This document shows, piece by piece, positions 32,314 through 35,826 of a stretch of DNA of 35,826 nt (its first letter is position 1; the number at the start of each line of letters is the position of its first letter). The translations under genes were made by a program, and so were the position numbers. The DNA is from Saprolegnia diclina VS20 (taxonomy: Eukaryota), in contig NW_008246096.1 of the NCBI RefSeq assembly GCF_000281045.1, forward strand, positions 386,338 through 422,163. The letters are read 5' to 3'. The notes under the pieces are model-generated. The model did no database searches. It was not told the DNA's origin and saw only the letters and a list, made by a program, of their open reading frames with translations.

Positions 32314-33294
32314 ATGAACTTTGAGCTCGAAGAGACAGTCCGAGCGTACGTGGCCCGCGCCGACGTGATCCCAGGTCGCGACCACAGCGACGCGGTCGTC
32401 TCGGCCGTGCGCCTCTCGGGCGGCCTCGTGAACCACGTGTGGCGCGTCACCTTTGCCTCGGGCAGCACGGTCGTTCTCAAGCAATTCCCGGCAACCGTCA
32501 AATGGAACCCGAGCCTTCGACTGCCCACGCAGCGGTCCGAGGTCGAGCACTGCGCGCTCACGTGCATGGAAGCCCAGTGCAAGGTGCGCGACGGCTGGTC
32601 GACGCCGTACCCGATCTTCTATGACCGAGAAGAGAGCGTCGTCATCATGTCGGACGCCGGCGATGCGCACGTCACGCTCTTTGATTTGCTGCGACACGAC
32701 CACGGCGCACCACCAGCGCTAGACTTTGTGGCAGCCGCCGTCGCCGAGTTTGTGGCGAGTGTCCACGACGTGGTCGAGCCCATGGCGCCGGCCGAGCACA
32801 TGTCGCCCATTTTGATCTCGCTCCACGAAGCTGCGCGTCCGTCGCTGGTCAAAGCTCTTGGCGAAGAGGAAGGCGCGGCGTGGTATGCACGCAGTCTTGC
32901 CGCACGCAACGTGCTACAGCAATGGATCTTTGGCGATCTCTGGCCAAGCAGCGTCCTCGTCGACGTGCTTGGACAAAGCGTGAGCGTCGTCGACTGGGAG
33001 TGCTGCCGCCTCGGGCATGTGGGTATGGACGTGGCGCAAATGGCCGCGAACCTCCACCTCATGACGCTTGGCACGCCATTCCACAACGAAGAGTCCAAGG
33101 GTGTTTTAACCGCCTTTATCGCAGCCACGCAAGCGTCCCGCGCCTTTGACAAGACGTTTGATTACGCCGGCGCGTTCGTGGGGCATGTCGCAATGCTGGT
33201 GGTGTACCCGCATTGGGAGCTGCCGAATGGCGCCGACGAGGCCATTGTACAAGCGGCGCGTGACGCTGAGGCGTTGTTTGCTGTCGTTGCTTGA
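32314..33294 (+). CDS. APH/choline-kinase-superfamily phosphotransferase, 5-methylthioribose-kinase-like, intronless
   Basis: Motifs LSGGLVNHVWRV, VVLKQ, RLPTQRSEVE, VVIMSDAG, GDLWP..VLV, VVDWE and G..GMDVAQMAANL. Confidence 0.8.
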   Translation: MNFELEETVRAYVARADVIPGRDHSDAVVSAVRLSGGLVNHVWRVTFASGSTVVLKQFPATVKWNPSLRLPTQRSEVEHCALTCMEAQCKVRDGWSTPYPIFYDREESVVIMSDAGDAHVTLFDLLRHDHGAPPALDFVAAAVAEFVASVHDVVEPMAPAEHMSPILISLHEAARPSLVKALGEEEGAAWYARSLAARNVLQQWIFGDLWPSSVLVDVLGQSVSVVDWECCRLGHVGMDVAQMAANLHLMTLGTPFHNEESKGVLTAFIAATQASRAFDKTFDYAGAFVGHVAMLVVYPHWELPNGADEAIVQAARDAEALFAVVA

Positions 33295-34174
33295 GACTTT
33301 TGTACTCTATTTTTGTCAAATTTCATACTAGTACTTGTACATTCCAGCTTCTTCGTTCCATGTGGGCTCGATAGCCCATTGATTCGCCGTACATAGTTGA
33401 ATAGTTGCCCGCGTGCTGAAGTGGGTCGTAGATCACAGCGAGACTGCCTGCAACTCGCGAGAAAGGAGTTCTATGTCACTGACAGGGGTGATCACTCGGG
33501 TCGCTCCCATCACATGCTACTTCTAGTTCCGACGTCGCAAGCTCCGACGTACTAACGTTAGCCGAAGCAGAAGGATGGACACTCCGAGTGACGAAGGCCG
33601 AGCTGTGTCCAATCGTTCGACTAGAATTTTGTTGACAACCCAACGCGTTGACGTGGCGTGCACGTAGTGTAGTTTCGTACTGTCTTTGGCTCGAACGCAG
33701 CAACCGAGTCTTCCACTTAAGCAACGGCGCTCAAAAGACTTTCCGCCGATGCGCCTATGGTCGAGGCAGCTACTAACTAGGCAGCTACTATCTAGCACGC
33801 GCTTGCACAACAATTGGCTCGTCGAGCCGTGGCGCCATCGCTCGCCGCTAATCTCTCCGCGACGTCCCTTGGCCCTATCGCGTTCCTCGCACAGTCCCGC
33901 AACAAGGCTACTAACACACCTAGTTTGACGCCTTGCCTCACAATCGCTTTAGGAGGTGAGCTCTGATTGCATGGCTATGATTCAATTCAGTATAAACTCT
34001 GTGTGCGGCTGCTGTGTGTAGCACGTGTTTGGCACAGCCGGTCCATGCACGATCATATCATGCGTGGACCGGCTGTTGGCGTTGCATTTTGGGAATGCAT
34101 AGTGTCGTGCACCTCATGGTTGTGGCTGTGTCCTACTGGACCAAAAAGACATTTTCATTTTTTTATTAGTCATG

Positions 34175-34855
34175 TTATGCTTCCTGGGCTAGGTGCTTGA
34201 GGCGTGCCTCGCGCAGGATCCGAATGGCGGCCTCGCCGATCGAGTTCCGGGAAGGTTCCCATGTGGCAGGTGCCACTTTGTGGGTCTTTGGTGGCACCTT
34301 TGTGGTGGCAGGAGCCGCTTTGGCTAGCTGCGTGGTGTTCTTTGAGGCAGGTGCCGCTTTGCGCAGTGCCGCTTTTGTGACAGGCGCCGCTTTGGGTCGA
34401 GACACCACTGTTTTGGTGGCAGGTGCCGCTTTTAGTTGTGTGACGCCCGTGACAGGCGTCACTTTGGGCTGAGGCACCGCCGCCGTTTTAGTGGCAGGTG
34501 CCGCTTTGGGTTGTGTGACAGCCGTGACAGGCGCCACTTTGGGCCGAGACACCGCCGTTTTGGTGGCAGGTGCCGCTTTGATATGTGTGACAGCCGTGAC
34601 AGGCGCCACTTTGGGCTGAGGCACCGCCGCCGTTTTGGTGGCAGGTGCCGCTTTGGGTTGTGTGACAGCCGTGACAGGCGCCACTTTGGGCCGAGGCACC
34701 GCCGTTTTGGTGGCAGGTGCCGACTTGACCGGATGGATCCGGTTTATTTGCGGCCGGAACGTGCACCCCGCCATTTCCCGGGCGAGCTTGAGCGTGGCAC
34801 GTTCCGAGAAGATGCTGGAGCGAGGGGCGGAGAGGCGATCGAATACGGTTGTCAT
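34175..34855 (-). CDS. Small basic low-complexity protein with K/A/P/T/V tandem repeats; function unknown
   Basis: ATG at 34855 (MTTVFDRL...CTFRPQIN), then in-frame repeats PKAAPATKTAV(P/S)RPKVAPVTAVTQ; stop at 34175. Confidence 0.55.
   Translation of the reverse strand: MTTVFDRLSAPRSSIFSERATLKLAREMAGCTFRPQINRIHPVKSAPATKTAVPRPKVAPVTAVTQPKAAPATKTAAVPQPKVAPVTAVTHIKAAPATKTAVSRPKVAPVTAVTQPKAAPATKTAAVPQPKVTPVTGVTQLKAAPATKTVVSRPKAAPVTKAALRKAAPASKNTTQLAKAAPATTKVPPKTHKVAPATWEPSRNSIGEAAIRILREARLKHLAQEA
34262..34725. repeat. Coding minisatellite with alternating 72/75-bp units
   Basis: Homologous points at about 34374, 34446, 34521, 34593 and 34668 (spacings 72, 75, 72, 75); degenerate partial copies toward 34262. 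Confidence 0.88.
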
Positions 34856-35283
34856 CTTGTCCGGATAACGTGCAATTGGTGATTTCGAGTTGAGAGTAGC
34901 AGCCAATGCGAATCGGAATCCAATTTCGCGCTACCGCTCATTTCATTGGGCGTCGCTTCGATCCCCGTCACAGCAGCACTTTTGTCACATATATCACTGG
35001 CGCGTGCATGTACATAAACGTCATGAAAAAAACGCCGAAAAGTGCAGCGCATACGGCGGCGCACGCAACGTAACCGCAGCCCCACATGGTATGGGACGAG
35101 GTGCAACTGTGCGAAAACGGCTGTTGCATCTGAAAATCCAAAAATCCAAAAATCCAAGCTTGAAGAGGTCCAGCGGTCGTCGCAAGCGCAGGTGATGCAG
35201 CCACGGCCGAGACCAAGGCCCCAAGAGAGCGTGCGCGAGGTTCTTCCAAGCTGTGCCAACGAGGATGCGCCGATGCTGCAGGC

Positions 35284-35593
35284 TTTCTTCTGTCCTGGGA
35301 TGCAACTCGTACAGGCAGGCTTGGCGCGTCCAAATAGCAGTGCCAATAATTATTAGTGATGCCCTGTACAGGCATGGTATCGGCCGCCGCCTACCCGACA
35401 CGCGCTCGCGCTCGGATGGACGGGCGGCAGCGGCAGCGGCGACGAGCGCAGACAGTCCATCCGAGTGCGAGCGCGTGTCGGGCTAGGCGGCGGCCGATAC
35501 CATGCCTGTACAGGGCATCACTAATAATTATTAGCACTGCTATTTGGACGCGCCAAGCCTGCCTGTAAGAGTTGCATCCCAGGACAGAAGAAA
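35284..35593. repeat. Foldback/inverted repeat with ~138-bp arms and a 33-nt loop (MITE-like or hairpin)
   Basis: 35284-35421 is the reverse complement of 35455-35593, with 3 mismatches and one 1-nt indel by manual comparison. Confidence 0.92.
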
Positions 35594-35826
35594 TCCATTT
35601 GAACAATGCGAAAGTCCCCTACAATATTGCAATGCAGCCGCTTCATGGAGCGCGTATGGATGCCAACTCCGTCGTCTCGTTTCCTTTGCAGCTTGGACGT
35701 CTTGTCAAGTGGAGAAAAACACGCTTTGATGGGATTTTGTCTCCTAGGTCGTCTTCCCATTGCTCCAAGTTACTGGTTGCTCAGCGCGCGGGAACCACTT
35801 CAGCGAGCTGGTAGAGCACACAGACT

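Overview
Gene-dense eukaryotic DNA with GC-rich codons, many short (about 43-76 nt) GT-AG introns and oomycete-type Inr/FPR core promoters. It is most likely a water mould such as Saprolegnia or Achlya (inferred). From left to right: two near-identical, inverted plasma-membrane Ca2+-ATPase (PMCA) genes enclose an 11-exon Slo/BK-like channel gene and a class II CPD photolyase. These are followed by TRM1, a USP32-like deubiquitinase, an intronless M20 amidohydrolase, a secreted Gly/Tyr-repeat Cys-rich membrane protein, a 1285-aa unknown protein ending in a degenerate uracil-DNA glycosylase domain, the canonical UNG gene, an APH/MTR-kinase-like gene, a Lys/Ala/Pro/Thr tandem-repeat ORF and a ~310-bp foldback element. 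The best novelty candidates are (1) the probably catalytically dead UNG domain, which shares three intron positions with the adjacent UNG and is fused to a large unknown protein, and (2) the BK-like channel, which lacks the TVGYG selectivity filter. All exon models were inferred by eye.
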